Below are positions 17,548-27,041 of a stretch of DNA of 40,417 bases, one piece after another. A program made the translations under genes and the position numbers. This DNA is from a virus. Lineage: Duplodnaviria; Caudoviricetes. Location: the IMG/VR virus record IMGVR_UViG_3300036376_000002, positions 1-40,417 of that record; one strand, 5' to 3'. Position 1 is the first letter of the stretch, and the number at the start of each line of letters is the position of its first letter. The notes under the pieces are model-generated. The model was not told where the DNA came from and did not search any database. It saw only the letters and a list, made by a program, of their open reading frames with translations.

Positions 17548-17871
17548 ATGGACACCGCACAGATCGCCGCCCTGCAGGCCGAGCTGCAGGAGCAAGGCTG
17601 GTACGAGGACTTTCGCGATTGCGACGGCGACCTTGGCCCGTTCACGCTGGCCGCGCTGATGTGCCGGCATCAGGGGCAGGCGCTGGGCGCGCCGGGCCGT
17701 CGCCTTGCCCGCGTGGCCTGTGAAGCCGCAATGGACAATGGCTGGAACGCCGCCCAGCTGGTCGCCTTCGTGCCATCGCTGGTGGCTGCGCTGGTCGACG
17801 GCCGCACATGGGATGGCAGGCCGGAGGACCAGGGCCTGTGCGCCGCGCTGATCGCCTACGGACTCGCCTGA
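17548..17871 (+). CDS. Hypothetical protein with a peptidoglycan-binding-like motif (107 aa)
   Basis: ALQAELQEQGWY....DGDLGPFTLAAL resembles PG_binding_1; GGGAG RBS. Confidence 0.6.
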   Translation: MDTAQIAALQAELQEQGWYEDFRDCDGDLGPFTLAALMCRHQGQALGAPGRRLARVACEAAMDNGWNAAQLVAFVPSLVAALVDGRTWDGRPEDQGLCAALIAYGLA

Positions 17872-17872
17872 C

Positions 17873-18406
17873 GTGCCACGCGTCAACGATGAGGCGCCTA
17901 TCGACCCGTCCGAGCTGATCCGGCTCGGCACCGTGTCCGCTGTGGATCTGGCTGCCGGCACCTGCACGGTCGACGTCGGCGACATCGTCACCCCCGCCAT
18001 CCCATGGATCGAGCCGCGCATGGGCGCCACCCGCACCTGGTCGCCGCCAACGGTGGGCGAGCAGGTGCTTCTCATCTGTCCGGAGAGCGAGCTCGGTCTA
18101 GCAGTGGCCTTGCGCGGCATCCCGTCCGACACCTTCCCCATCGCCGGCGACAGCCTCGAGGAGCTGATCGAATTCAGCGACGGCGCACGCATCGCCTATG
18201 ACCCGGAATCGCACCGCCTCACCGCCAGGCTACCAGTTCGCTCGACGGTACACATCACCGCGGAAACGGTAAGCATCAACGGAAATCTTTTGGTCGATGG
18301 GACCGTGACTGCAAGCATGGATGTTATAGGTGCCGGACACTCGCTGACAGGCCACTGCCATTCCGCCACCCAACCAGGCGCTGGGCAAAGCGGACCCCCG
18401 CTTTAA
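17873..18406 (+). CDS. V: Baseplate spike protein V
   Basis: LIRLGTV, WSPPTVGEQV, FSDGARIAYD, C-terminal HxH (GHCH). Confidence 0.92.
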   Translation: MPRVNDEAPIDPSELIRLGTVSAVDLAAGTCTVDVGDIVTPAIPWIEPRMGATRTWSPPTVGEQVLLICPESELGLAVALRGIPSDTFPIAGDSLEELIEFSDGARIAYDPESHRLTARLPVRSTVHITAETVSINGNLLVDGTVTASMDVIGAGHSLTGHCHSATQPGAGQSGPPL

Positions 18407-18602
18407 ATCAGCGACGACCGACACGTGTCAGACATCAAGTGCAACGGTCGATAATCCTCCTAGGCGGCACCTTGCCGAACGAAACCGACCGTGTAAGAAT
18501 GGTTGGCTCTAGCGCCACTCCAAACTGGTATCGTGTACGACCAACGCGTTAGACTAGTTTCGACACGGGTGACGTACTATCGATTCGAGGCAGGAAAATA
18601 TC

Positions 18603-21600
18603 GTGAAGCCACTCTACATACTGCACTTGTCTGATCTGCATTGGTCGAAATCAATAGCACGAGATGTTGACATTGTATTCGACGCACTCAAAGAGGATTT
18701 AAAAGAGCTGGCAAAAACCGGCATCACGCCAGATCTATGCATATTCAGCGGAGACCTCGCAATTGGCGGCGATGATATTGACGTGATTGACGATGCTTGG
18801 CAAGCATTCATTACCCCTCTTTCGCAGTTTTTAAGTCTATCGCCTTGTCGAGTGTTTGTAACTCCAGGCAATCATGACATTGCCCGCGAGACCGTGCGTT
18901 CAATCCCAACAATCGATGCGTCTCTTCGTACAAGTTTGACTTCAATACAGGCTGTCAATAAGTTTATTGACTCACCGGCATCACCGTCTAGCGAATCCGG
19001 ACTCGCGCTAAAGCGGATGGACAACTTTTATGTTGTTCACGATACAAGGACAGCCGATCCAATTTCAGCCACCCCCTATCTAAGAACATATAGCGTTGAT
19101 ATTGATGGCTTAAAAGTAGGCGTGGCTTGCTTGAACTCTGCTTGGCGTGCAACAGGAGAAAAGGACGACATCGACTACGGCCATCTGCTCATTGGCGAAC
19201 GCAATATCGACAGTGCCGCCAGTGATCTCGCTGACTGCGACTATCGGATCGCAGTCCACCATCACCCGCTGGACTGGCTTGAGCCATCGGACCACAGAGC
19301 AGTTGACCTTGTTATCAAACGCCAGTTTGATTTAACGTGTGTAGGGCACCTTCACAATGCTTCGCCAGAAAAGCTTGTTAATTCAAACGGGAGCTGCATT
19401 GTAAGTCAAGCCGGTAGCATATTTGCAGGACGAGCATGGTTTAACGGATACAATATTATTGAAGTGGATATACCGAGTCGAACTCATCGCGTCCATGTTA
19501 GAAGTTACTTTGACGAAGGCCGTAGATTTGATAAGGCAACGAATGTTTGCCGAGATGGAGTTATTGAATTTACATCGGACCCAAACGTCGATCGCAGAAG
19601 GATTGACCTAGTAGAGCTCTTTCTTAGAGAGAACAGGCAGATCCTAAGAGACTCCGTCGCAAATCACCTCAATCTTATTGGCTCCGACGAATTTGATGCG
19701 GAAAGCCTAATTCGTCAGTACGTGACCCCGCCCATAGTAAGGAGGCGCTTAGCGACTGATGAAGGCAACACAGAACAATCAAACAAGATATACTCTGTTT
19801 CAGAAATAATATCAGGTCATGATAACATTCTTATAATTGGCGAGCGACACACCGGAAAATCGAGCTTAGCACACTATATTGCTCATGAGCTTGTATTTGG
19901 CAAAGGAAGGTGTGATACTATACCGCTTGTGATAGACTTGAATCAGCATAAGTATAATAAGTATTCCCTGAGGCGTGCGGTCAGGTCGTATTACGAAACA
20001 ATCCCTGTTGGATTTGACATTGACTCCGCGATAAATGATGGCATTTTCACGTTTATTATAGATAACCTGCCGGTTAGTGAACAGGACATGAAGGCTTTGG
20101 CCAGCCACATTGACGAGCATTCAGCTTGTCGGTGGATCGCCATGGGCACGCCCAACACAGATGGGGTGTCACCTGACCGACTCTTTAAGGAGCATCTTCC
20201 TTCCTTTGCCAAATTCGGCATCCGTGAACTCAATAGGGCAGGGATTCGGGCTGTAGCTCGCATTTGGACACGTGGATCTGATTCAGACGCATCCCGGGTT
20301 TATGACGCAGTAATGCGGCAGCTTCAGCGCGATGGCCTGCCTCGGACTCCCTATATGATCTCGCTTTTGGTTTGGGCAATACAGCAAAAAATAGGTCGGC
20401 AAAGTCTGAATGAAGCAACGCTTTTAGAAAATATTATTGATCACCTGATCGGGAAGGCCGACTTTCGGCTTGCGTCGCGCAGCGCTTTTAGTCCTCGAGC
20501 AAAGGAGATTACACTGCAGGCGATTGCCCAGTTTATGTTTGATCGCGGAGGAGTCGCGGGCGAGAACGATACGTTAAGTTATTTGATATCGTTTTTTGAA
20601 TCAAAGAAGGTTCCATACGTAGCATCAGATGTGTTGGACAAGCTGGTATCATGTGGCGTTATATCACGAGACGGCGATGGTGTCCGCTTTAAGTACCCCG
20701 CCTTTCAAGAGTATTTTATGGCAAAAAAGCTGGGATCAGACGCGGCTGTGTTAGGTCATTATTTGAAAGATTTGAATTTCCTTCAAGTGCGCCGCGAGCT
20801 CGAGCTATTGTCTGGACTCAGGCAAGAGAATGACGAAATTATTCAATCGATTATGACGTTGCTCAATTCACGGGTGCCTGACATATTTAGCCGGATAAAC
20901 GTGAAAGATTTTGATAGTGACGAGCGCTCTAGGTTACAACCCGGGACAACCCTGAGCCAATTAAATAGAATTAAAAAGAAACGCCTGACTTACGCACAGT
21001 TTGATGCCATGATGGATGAGGTTGATCGTAGAGCACTGTCGCGAGGGGAGCGTCCACTCAGTGAAAGTCTAGAGCGAGCAGATGGTGATTATGTAGCTGC
21101 TGCACGCGAGAGGGAAGCGGAGTCAATTGCAATTGATGCGAATGATATCAGAAAGCCTTTAAGCCCATATACTCACATGGCGGCCATCGATACGCTAGCG
21201 CGCGTTATCCGAAATTCGGACTTCAGTGATTTCGCAGTAAAAGGTCCAGCGGTGCGGATGGTGCTAGAGAGTTGGGTCAGGATATATTTGCTAGTTATAG
21301 AAGAGCTTAAGGCTCTTATTGCAGCATCAGACAGTGATGCGTCTTCTCCGATAAATGAAAAAGATCGGGCATTGCTGAACTATATTGTGTCAAAGTGGGT
21401 TTTCTCGATAATTGGTCGCGGTGTAGTCGACCACATGTCAACCCCGTCGATGGCAGGCACGCTGACGTCATTTTTGGACTCGGGTGAAATATCGACCGGC
21501 GAGATATTGCTTGTGCTCTATCTCCTTGAGGACATTGATGCTAACGATTGGCGACAGCATTGGTCCGCCTTGATTGCAGATAAATCACGATCTGGTTTTG

Positions 21601-21803
21601 TTATAGACTGTATCGTGACGAGACTGGGTGTAATCACTCACTCAAAGGCGCTAGACGATGATCAAGCGGAGCGTGTTCGAGAAATTGTTGACGAGATCCA
21701 GCGTCGACTGGACTGGACTCCTCAGAAGAAAAATGAGGTTCTGCAAGACTTAAAGGATGTCGCAAATTTGGCAGCACTGGGAGATCTAACCAGCGGCCCT
21801 TAA
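18603..21803 (+). CDS. Calcineurin-like metallophosphoesterase fused to a NACHT/STAND NTPase (1066 aa); candidate anti-phage protein
   Basis: HLSDLH, SGD, PGNHD, HHHP and GHLH phosphoesterase motifs; Walker A GERHTGKS, Walker B FIIDN, FKYPAFQEYF NACHT winged-helix motif; visibly AT-richer than the backbone. Confidence 0.85.
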   Translation: MKPLYILHLSDLHWSKSIARDVDIVFDALKEDLKELAKTGITPDLCIFSGDLAIGGDDIDVIDDAWQAFITPLSQFLSLSPCRVFVTPGNHDIARETVRSIPTIDASLRTSLTSIQAVNKFIDSPASPSSESGLALKRMDNFYVVHDTRTADPISATPYLRTYSVDIDGLKVGVACLNSAWRATGEKDDIDYGHLLIGERNIDSAASDLADCDYRIAVHHHPLDWLEPSDHRAVDLVIKRQFDLTCVGHLHNASPEKLVNSNGSCIVSQAGSIFAGRAWFNGYNIIEVDIPSRTHRVHVRSYFDEGRRFDKATNVCRDGVIEFTSDPNVDRRRIDLVELFLRENRQILRDSVANHLNLIGSDEFDAESLIRQYVTPPIVRRRLATDEGNTEQSNKIYSVSEIISGHDNILIIGERHTGKSSLAHYIAHELVFGKGRCDTIPLVIDLNQHKYNKYSLRRAVRSYYETIPVGFDIDSAINDGIFTFIIDNLPVSEQDMKALASHIDEHSACRWIAMGTPNTDGVSPDRLFKEHLPSFAKFGIRELNRAGIRAVARIWTRGSDSDASRVYDAVMRQLQRDGLPRTPYMISLLVWAIQQKIGRQSLNEATLLENIIDHLIGKADFRLASRSAFSPRAKEITLQAIAQFMFDRGGVAGENDTLSYLISFFESKKVPYVASDVLDKLVSCGVISRDGDGVRFKYPAFQEYFMAKKLGSDAAVLGHYLKDLNFLQVRRELELLSGLRQENDEIIQSIMTLLNSRVPDIFSRINVKDFDSDERSRLQPGTTLSQLNRIKKKRLTYAQFDAMMDEVDRRALSRGERPLSESLERADGDYVAAAREREAESIAIDANDIRKPLSPYTHMAAIDTLARVIRNSDFSDFAVKGPAVRMVLESWVRIYLLVIEELKALIAASDSDASSPINEKDRALLNYIVSKWVFSIIGRGVVDHMSTPSMAGTLTSFLDSGEISTGEILLVLYLLEDIDANDWRQHWSALIADKSRSGFVIDCIVTRLGVITHSKALDDDQAERVREIVDEIQRRLDWTPQKKNEVLQDLKDVANLAALGDLTSGP

Positions 21804-21906
21804 CGTGGCCTACAATTTTCCTCTGAGGCTATCGTTGGCGAACTAGCGCGATCGTAACCCCGCGGCATGCGATTGCTAGTCGGATGTCGTTTTGCAGAGC
21901 TGCTCG

Positions 21907-21931
21907 CCTTGTAACGCGCACCGTTACAAGG
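21907..21931. promoter_or_regulatory. Late-promoter activator palindrome upstream of W-FI
   Basis: Identical to 5203-5227. Confidence 0.8.
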
Positions 21932-21974
21932 GCACCCTCTTGGCCATTGCGCGATCCGGTGGCTCCGTCCCGCC

Positions 21975-22328
21975 ATGCTCGGCATGGACCGCACCACCGG
22001 CGCGCCTCTCGATGGTGACGCCCATCTCGCCCAGTCGATCGGGGACATTCTCTCGACGCCTGTCGGCACCCGGGTCATGCGCCGCGACTATGGCAGCATG
22101 CTCTTCGAGCTGATCGACCGCCCGCTCAATGCCGCCACCCGCCTGCAGCTGTTTGCTGCCACCGCCCTTGCGATCGCCCGCTGGGAGCCGCGCCTCAAGC
22201 TGACCCGTGTCGGCCTCTCCCGCGCCGGCGCCGACGGCCGCGTTGCCATCGATATCGAAGGACGCCGCGTCGATCGCCCGACCCGCGCCGGCTCCTTCGT
22301 CCAGCTTTCCATCCCCCTCGCCAGCTGA
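21975..22328 (+). CDS. W: Baseplate wedge protein W (gp25-like)
   Basis: HLAQSIGDILSTPVGTRVMRRDYGS, ARWEPR. Confidence 0.93.
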   Translation: MLGMDRTTGAPLDGDAHLAQSIGDILSTPVGTRVMRRDYGSMLFELIDRPLNAATRLQLFAATALAIARWEPRLKLTRVGLSRAGADGRVAIDIEGRRVDRPTRAGSFVQLSIPLAS

Positions 22329-22347
22329 TCCGCAGGAAGGACTCATC

Positions 22348-23496
22348 ATGCACGGTATCAAGGTCAACGAGCCGCTCACCGGCACCCGCCCGATCCTCGA
22401 AAACTCCCTCGCCATCATCGGCCTGATCGCCACCGCGACTGCCGCCGTCGGTGCTGCGACCGCAGCCCTCGATGACGCCTTCCCGCTCAACCAGCCCGTT
22501 CTGGTCACCGACGTCCGCTCGGCGATCGGCAAGGCCGGCACCGGCGGCACGCTCGGCCCGGCATTGGCGGGCATCGCCGACCAGACCAGCCCGATCGTCG
22601 TCGTCGTTCGTGTCGCGCCTGGTCTCGATGCCGAGGCTACCGACGACAATGTCATCGGCTCGACCGCCGGCGGCAACTACACCGGCATGCAGGCGCTGCT
22701 GGCGGCAGAGGCCCAACTCGGCGTCCGTCCGCGCATCCTCGGCGCGCCGGGGCTGGACAGTCAGGCGGTCACCACCGCCATGGTGGTTGTCGCCAAGCAG
22801 CTGCGCGCGATGGTCTATGCCCGGGCCGTGGCCGACAATATCGCCGAGGCTGTCACCTATCGCGAGAATTTCGCCGCGCGCGAGCTGATGCTGATCTGGC
22901 CCGATTTCAGCGGCGATTTTGCCGGCGACGCGATCGCCCGGGCGCTCGGTCTGCGCGCCAAGATCGATGCGCAGGTAGGCTGGCACAAGACCATCTCCAA
23001 CATCGCGGTCGATGGCGTGAGCGGTCTGTCGCACGATGTCTTCTTCGACCTCACCGACGACACCACCGATGCCGGCGTGCTCAACGCCGCACCGGTCACC
23101 ACCCTGATCCGCTCCAACGGCTTCCGCTTCTGGGGCAACCGCACCACGTCGGACGAGCCGCAGTTCGCCTTCGAAAGCGCCGTGCGGACCAGCCATGCGC
23201 TGCAGGACGAGATCGCCGCGGGGCTCGCATGGGCGGTCGACAAGCCAGTCACCGTCAGTCTGATCAAGGACGTCCTCGAGACCATCAACGCCCGCTTCCG
23301 CGCACTGAAGGCACAGGGGCGCATCATCGACGGCCGCGCCTGGTACGATCCCTCGCTCAACGAGAACGCTGATCTGGCCGCTGGCAGGGTTGCCATCGAC
23401 TATGAGTACACGCCGTGCGCTCCCGCCGAGCAGATCACGCTCAACCAGCGCATTACCGATCGCTTCTACGCCGGCTTCGCTGACCAGCTGGCCTGA
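22348..23496 (+). CDS. FI: Tail sheath protein
   Basis: MHGIKV, PRILGAPG, GWHKTISN, GFRFWGNRT. Confidence 0.95.
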   Translation: MHGIKVNEPLTGTRPILENSLAIIGLIATATAAVGAATAALDDAFPLNQPVLVTDVRSAIGKAGTGGTLGPALAGIADQTSPIVVVVRVAPGLDAEATDDNVIGSTAGGNYTGMQALLAAEAQLGVRPRILGAPGLDSQAVTTAMVVVAKQLRAMVYARAVADNIAEAVTYRENFAARELMLIWPDFSGDFAGDAIARALGLRAKIDAQVGWHKTISNIAVDGVSGLSHDVFFDLTDDTTDAGVLNAAPVTTLIRSNGFRFWGNRTTSDEPQFAFESAVRTSHALQDEIAAGLAWAVDKPVTVSLIKDVLETINARFRALKAQGRIIDGRAWYDPSLNENADLAAGRVAIDYEYTPCAPAEQITLNQRITDRFYAGFADQLA

Positions 23497-23566
23497 CCCC
23501 ACCCACCGGACCCGCCACCGCTAAAGCCTGCTTTAGGGGAAGGTCACCAAGAGAAGGACCCCCGCC

Positions 23567-24076
23567 ATGGGATTGCCCGCCAAGCTCAAGAACATGAATC
23601 TCTTCAACGATGGCGCATCCTACCTCGGCCTCGTGCCGGAAGTGACGCTGCCCAAGCTGACCCGCTCGATGGAAGAGTATCGCGCCGGCGGCATGGATCA
23701 GCCGATCAAGGTCGACATGGGCGGCGAGGCAATGGAGCTCGAGTGGAAGGCCGGGGGCATCATCGTCCACGCCATCCGCCAGTTCGGCGCCACGGCGCAC
23801 GATGCGGTGCTGCTGCGCTTCGCCGGGGCCTATCAGGCCGACGACACCGGGCAGGTGATTCCAGTCGAGATCGTGACGCGCGGCCGCCATGAAGAGATCG
23901 ACATGGGCAGCGCCAAGCCCGGTGACGACACCGAGCACAGCATCAAGACCACGCTCAGCTACTACAAGCTGATCATCAACGGCCGCACCGAGATCGAGAT
24001 CGACATCCTCAACATGGTGTTCATCGTCAACGGCATCGATCGCCTCGCCGCCCAGCGCGCCGCGATCGGCGTCTAG
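23567..24076 (+). CDS. FII: Tail tube protein
   Basis: LPAKLKNMNLFNDG, LPKLTR..EEYRAGGM, SYYKL. Confidence 0.95.
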   Translation: MGLPAKLKNMNLFNDGASYLGLVPEVTLPKLTRSMEEYRAGGMDQPIKVDMGGEAMELEWKAGGIIVHAIRQFGATAHDAVLLRFAGAYQADDTGQVIPVEIVTRGRHEEIDMGSAKPGDDTEHSIKTTLSYYKLIINGRTEIEIDILNMVFIVNGIDRLAAQRAAIGV

Positions 24077-24195
24077 GCGCGAGCATGTTTGATCGGGAAA
24101 GCCACGAATAGCCCAGCTTCCCCTCGGCGCGTCATTGCGGGGCGGCGTCGAGGGGGAGACCAAGCCCTGCAGTCTCATAACTACGGAGCCCCGCA

Positions 24196-24510
24196 ATGAC
24201 CGAAGCCAAGAAACTGCACGAGGCCACGCTGGAAGACGGTTTCAAGCGCGGCGACGAGACCATCCGCAAGGTGATGCTGCGCAAGCCCAGCGCCGGCGAG
24301 CTGCGCGGACTGGCGCTGCAGGACCTCGTCCGCTCCGACGTCGGCTCGATCCTGAAACTGCTGCCGCGCATCAGCGACCCGATAATGACCGAAGACGATG
24401 CCAACAGTCTGTCGCCCGCGGACCTCGCGGAGTGCGCCGGGATCGTCGCCGGTTTTTTTATGACGGCCGACCAGCGGGAAATGCTCGAGCGACTGACATC
24501 GACGAGCTGA
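24196..24510 (+). CDS. E: Tail assembly chaperone E
   Basis: LRKPSAGELRGL, LLPRISDP, ADL...GFF. Confidence 0.9.
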   Translation: MTEAKKLHEATLEDGFKRGDETIRKVMLRKPSAGELRGLALQDLVRSDVGSILKLLPRISDPIMTEDDANSLSPADLAECAGIVAGFFMTADQREMLERLTSTS

Positions 24511-24641
24511 TCGCGGACATCGCCGCAATCTTCCACTGGCCGCTCGATCAGTTGCAGGCGCTCGATCTGGACGAGCTCTTTGCTTGGCATGCGCGGGCCA
24601 TCGTCCGCTGGAACAGGATGTACGGCGGCACAAAGCCCTGA
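24196..24641 (+). CDS. E+E' extended chaperone made by -1 ribosomal frameshift at T7 (24453-24459)
   Basis: GGT TTT TTT slippery run; the -1 frame encodes IADIAAIFHWP...W...A, typical of P2 gpE'. Confidence 0.85.
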
Positions 24642-24656
24642 TCGAAAGCACTGGCA

Positions 24657-27041
24657 ATGGACAACAAACTCACCCTTACCGTCCAGTTCGCCGCGCTCGA
24701 CCAGCTGTCCGGAGCGCTCCGCAACATCGCCGGCCTCGGCCGCACCGGCTCTTCCGCCCTGCGCGCCCTGCAGGGCGATGCCCGCCAGCTCAAGCGCGAC
24801 ATGCGCGAGGCCTCGGCCGCGATCGCCAGCAGCTCGGGCAACGTCACCCAGCTGATCGATCGCGAGCGCAGCCTCGCAGCGCAGCTCGCCCGCACCAACC
24901 GGCTGATCGAGCAGCAGAAGCGCCTGATGGCGATCGATGCCCGGGCCGATGCCATCCAGCAGCGCGGACAGGATCTGCAGGGCCGTGGCCGGGACAACCT
25001 GGTCGCGGGCGCGTCGATCGCCGCGCCGCTCTTTCTCGCGGCCCGCGCAGGGGCAGACTATTCGACGGCGCTGGTCGACATCCAGCAGAAAGCGGACCTT
25101 ACCGATGCGGCCACCAACCGCCTCGGCCGCACCATGCTGCAGATCGCCGCCGACACCCGGCAGCTACCCCAGAATATCGCCGCGACGGTCGATACGCTGG
25201 CTGGCATGGGGCTGGAGGCCAACAAGGCCGCCCAGATCGCGCCGGCGATCGCGCGCCTCGGCACCGCCTACCGGGTCGATCTGGCCGACGGCGCATCCGC
25301 CGCCTACGCCAACATCAACAACCTGCAAGTGCCGCTCTCCGACACCGCACGCGCGCTCGACATCATGGCCACCAGCGGCAAGCTGGGCGCGTTCGAGGTC
25401 CGCGACATGGCACGCTCCTTCCCGTCGCTCACCGGTCAGCTCAACGCGCTGGGCGAGAGCGGGCTGTCGGCCGTCGGCAGGCTGTCCGCCGCGCTGCAGA
25501 TCGCCCGCCAGACCACTGGGACCAGCGATGAGGCGGCCAACAACGTCCAGAACCTGCTGACCAAGATCAACGCGCCCGGCACCATCCGCGCCTTCGAGAA
25601 GAACTTCGGCGTTAACCTGCCCGCAGCCATGGCCCGCCTGCGCGCCGAGGGCTATGACACGTTCGAAGCGATCGCCATGATCACCCGGCAGGCGACCGGC
25701 GGAGATCTCTCCAAGCTCGGCTTCGCCTTCGAGGATATGCAGGCGCAGGCCGGGATCCGCACCCTCATCCAGAACCTCGACGAATATCGCCGCGTGCGCG
25801 ACGCTGCCATGGCGGGTGAGGGCACCGTCAACCGCGCCTTCGACCAGCGCGTCCTGCGCGATGCCAATGTCAGCTGGCAGGCGTTCATGGGATCGGTCTC
25901 CACGCTGGCCATCACGCTCGGCACCACCCTGCTGCCGACGCTGACCGAGGTCGCGAACTCGCTCAACGCCGGCCTGCAGTGGGTGTCGCGATGGGCACAG
26001 GCCAACCCCGAGGCTGCCGGCGCGATCATGAAGACCGTCGGCGCGCTGGCGGCCATGCGCATCGGCCTCGGCGCGGCGCAGATGGCCTTCGGCGCGATTC
26101 TCGGCCCGGTCGGCACGGTCTATCGGGTCTTCGGCAAGGCCCGCGAGCTCGGCATATTCTCGCGGGTGCTCGGGACCGTCGTCAACGGTGCGATTCGTGC
26201 CGCCCCGCTGTTCATGCGCGCCTTCGGCATCATGCGCGTGGCCGTGCTGTTCCTCGCGCGCGGCGTCATGCAGGCCGGGCTGATGCTGCTCGCCAACCCG
26301 GTCATCCTCGCCATCACGCTGATTGTCGTCGCCATTGCCGGTGCCGGCTATCTGATCTGGCGGCACTGGGACACGATCAAGGCGGCGTTCGGGCGCGGCA
26401 TCGCGGCGCTGGGGCAGGCGTGGCAATGGATCCGCGCCAACTTTGCCCGGCTGCTGCCGATGTTCGGACCGCTCGGCATGGCGGCCAGCCTGGTCATCAA
26501 CAACTGGGGGCGCATCAAGGCCGCGTTCTTCAGCGGACTCAGCGTCATTCGCGGGCTGATCGGCCAGTTCACCTATATCGGCCGACAGATCATCGAAGGG
26601 CTGATCGGCGGCATCACCATGAATCCGGGCCGGGTGTGGAACGCGCTGCGCAACATCGTCATGGCCGGGATCCGCAACATCCGCTCGCTGCTCGGCATCG
26701 CCAGCCCGTCGCGCCTGTTCATGGCCATGGGCGGGTTCATGACCGAGGGGCTGGCCATCGGCCTCGATGACGGCGCACGGCAGCCTTTGCGCAGTGTCCA
26801 GCGTCTCGCCGCCGGCGTCGCCAATGGCATGGCGATGGCCGCGTCTCCCTTCGCCGCCGGAGCGGCAGTGGCTGGCGCCGCCGCCACTGCAGCCCCTGCG
26901 ACTGCGGCAGCCGGCCCGGTGACCATCAACGTCTATCAGCTGCCCGGCGAAGACAGCGAGCAGCTGGCCAGAAGGATCGCGGAGATCGTGCGCCGCGGAC
27001 CCAAGCCCGGCGAAGGAGGCGGCAGCTATGGCGACGGCTAA
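24657..27041 (+). CDS. T: Tail tape measure protein
   Basis: 794 aa, Ala-rich; GKLGAFEVRDMA, LLANPVIL, GIASPSRLF. Confidence 0.93.
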   Translation: MDNKLTLTVQFAALDQLSGALRNIAGLGRTGSSALRALQGDARQLKRDMREASAAIASSSGNVTQLIDRERSLAAQLARTNRLIEQQKRLMAIDARADAIQQRGQDLQGRGRDNLVAGASIAAPLFLAARAGADYSTALVDIQQKADLTDAATNRLGRTMLQIAADTRQLPQNIAATVDTLAGMGLEANKAAQIAPAIARLGTAYRVDLADGASAAYANINNLQVPLSDTARALDIMATSGKLGAFEVRDMARSFPSLTGQLNALGESGLSAVGRLSAALQIARQTTGTSDEAANNVQNLLTKINAPGTIRAFEKNFGVNLPAAMARLRAEGYDTFEAIAMITRQATGGDLSKLGFAFEDMQAQAGIRTLIQNLDEYRRVRDAAMAGEGTVNRAFDQRVLRDANVSWQAFMGSVSTLAITLGTTLLPTLTEVANSLNAGLQWVSRWAQANPEAAGAIMKTVGALAAMRIGLGAAQMAFGAILGPVGTVYRVFGKARELGIFSRVLGTVVNGAIRAAPLFMRAFGIMRVAVLFLARGVMQAGLMLLANPVILAITLIVVAIAGAGYLIWRHWDTIKAAFGRGIAALGQAWQWIRANFARLLPMFGPLGMAASLVINNWGRIKAAFFSGLSVIRGLIGQFTYIGRQIIEGLIGGITMNPGRVWNALRNIVMAGIRNIRSLLGIASPSRLFMAMGGFMTEGLAIGLDDGARQPLRSVQRLAAGVANGMAMAASPFAAGAAVAGAAATAAPATAAAGPVTINVYQLPGEDSEQLARRIAEIVRRGPKPGEGGGSYGDG

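Noticed and set aside
13364-17871. Tail-fibre variation by invertase or diversity-generating retroelement
   Set aside because: No serine invertase, reverse transcriptase, inverted cassette or template/variable repeat pair seen
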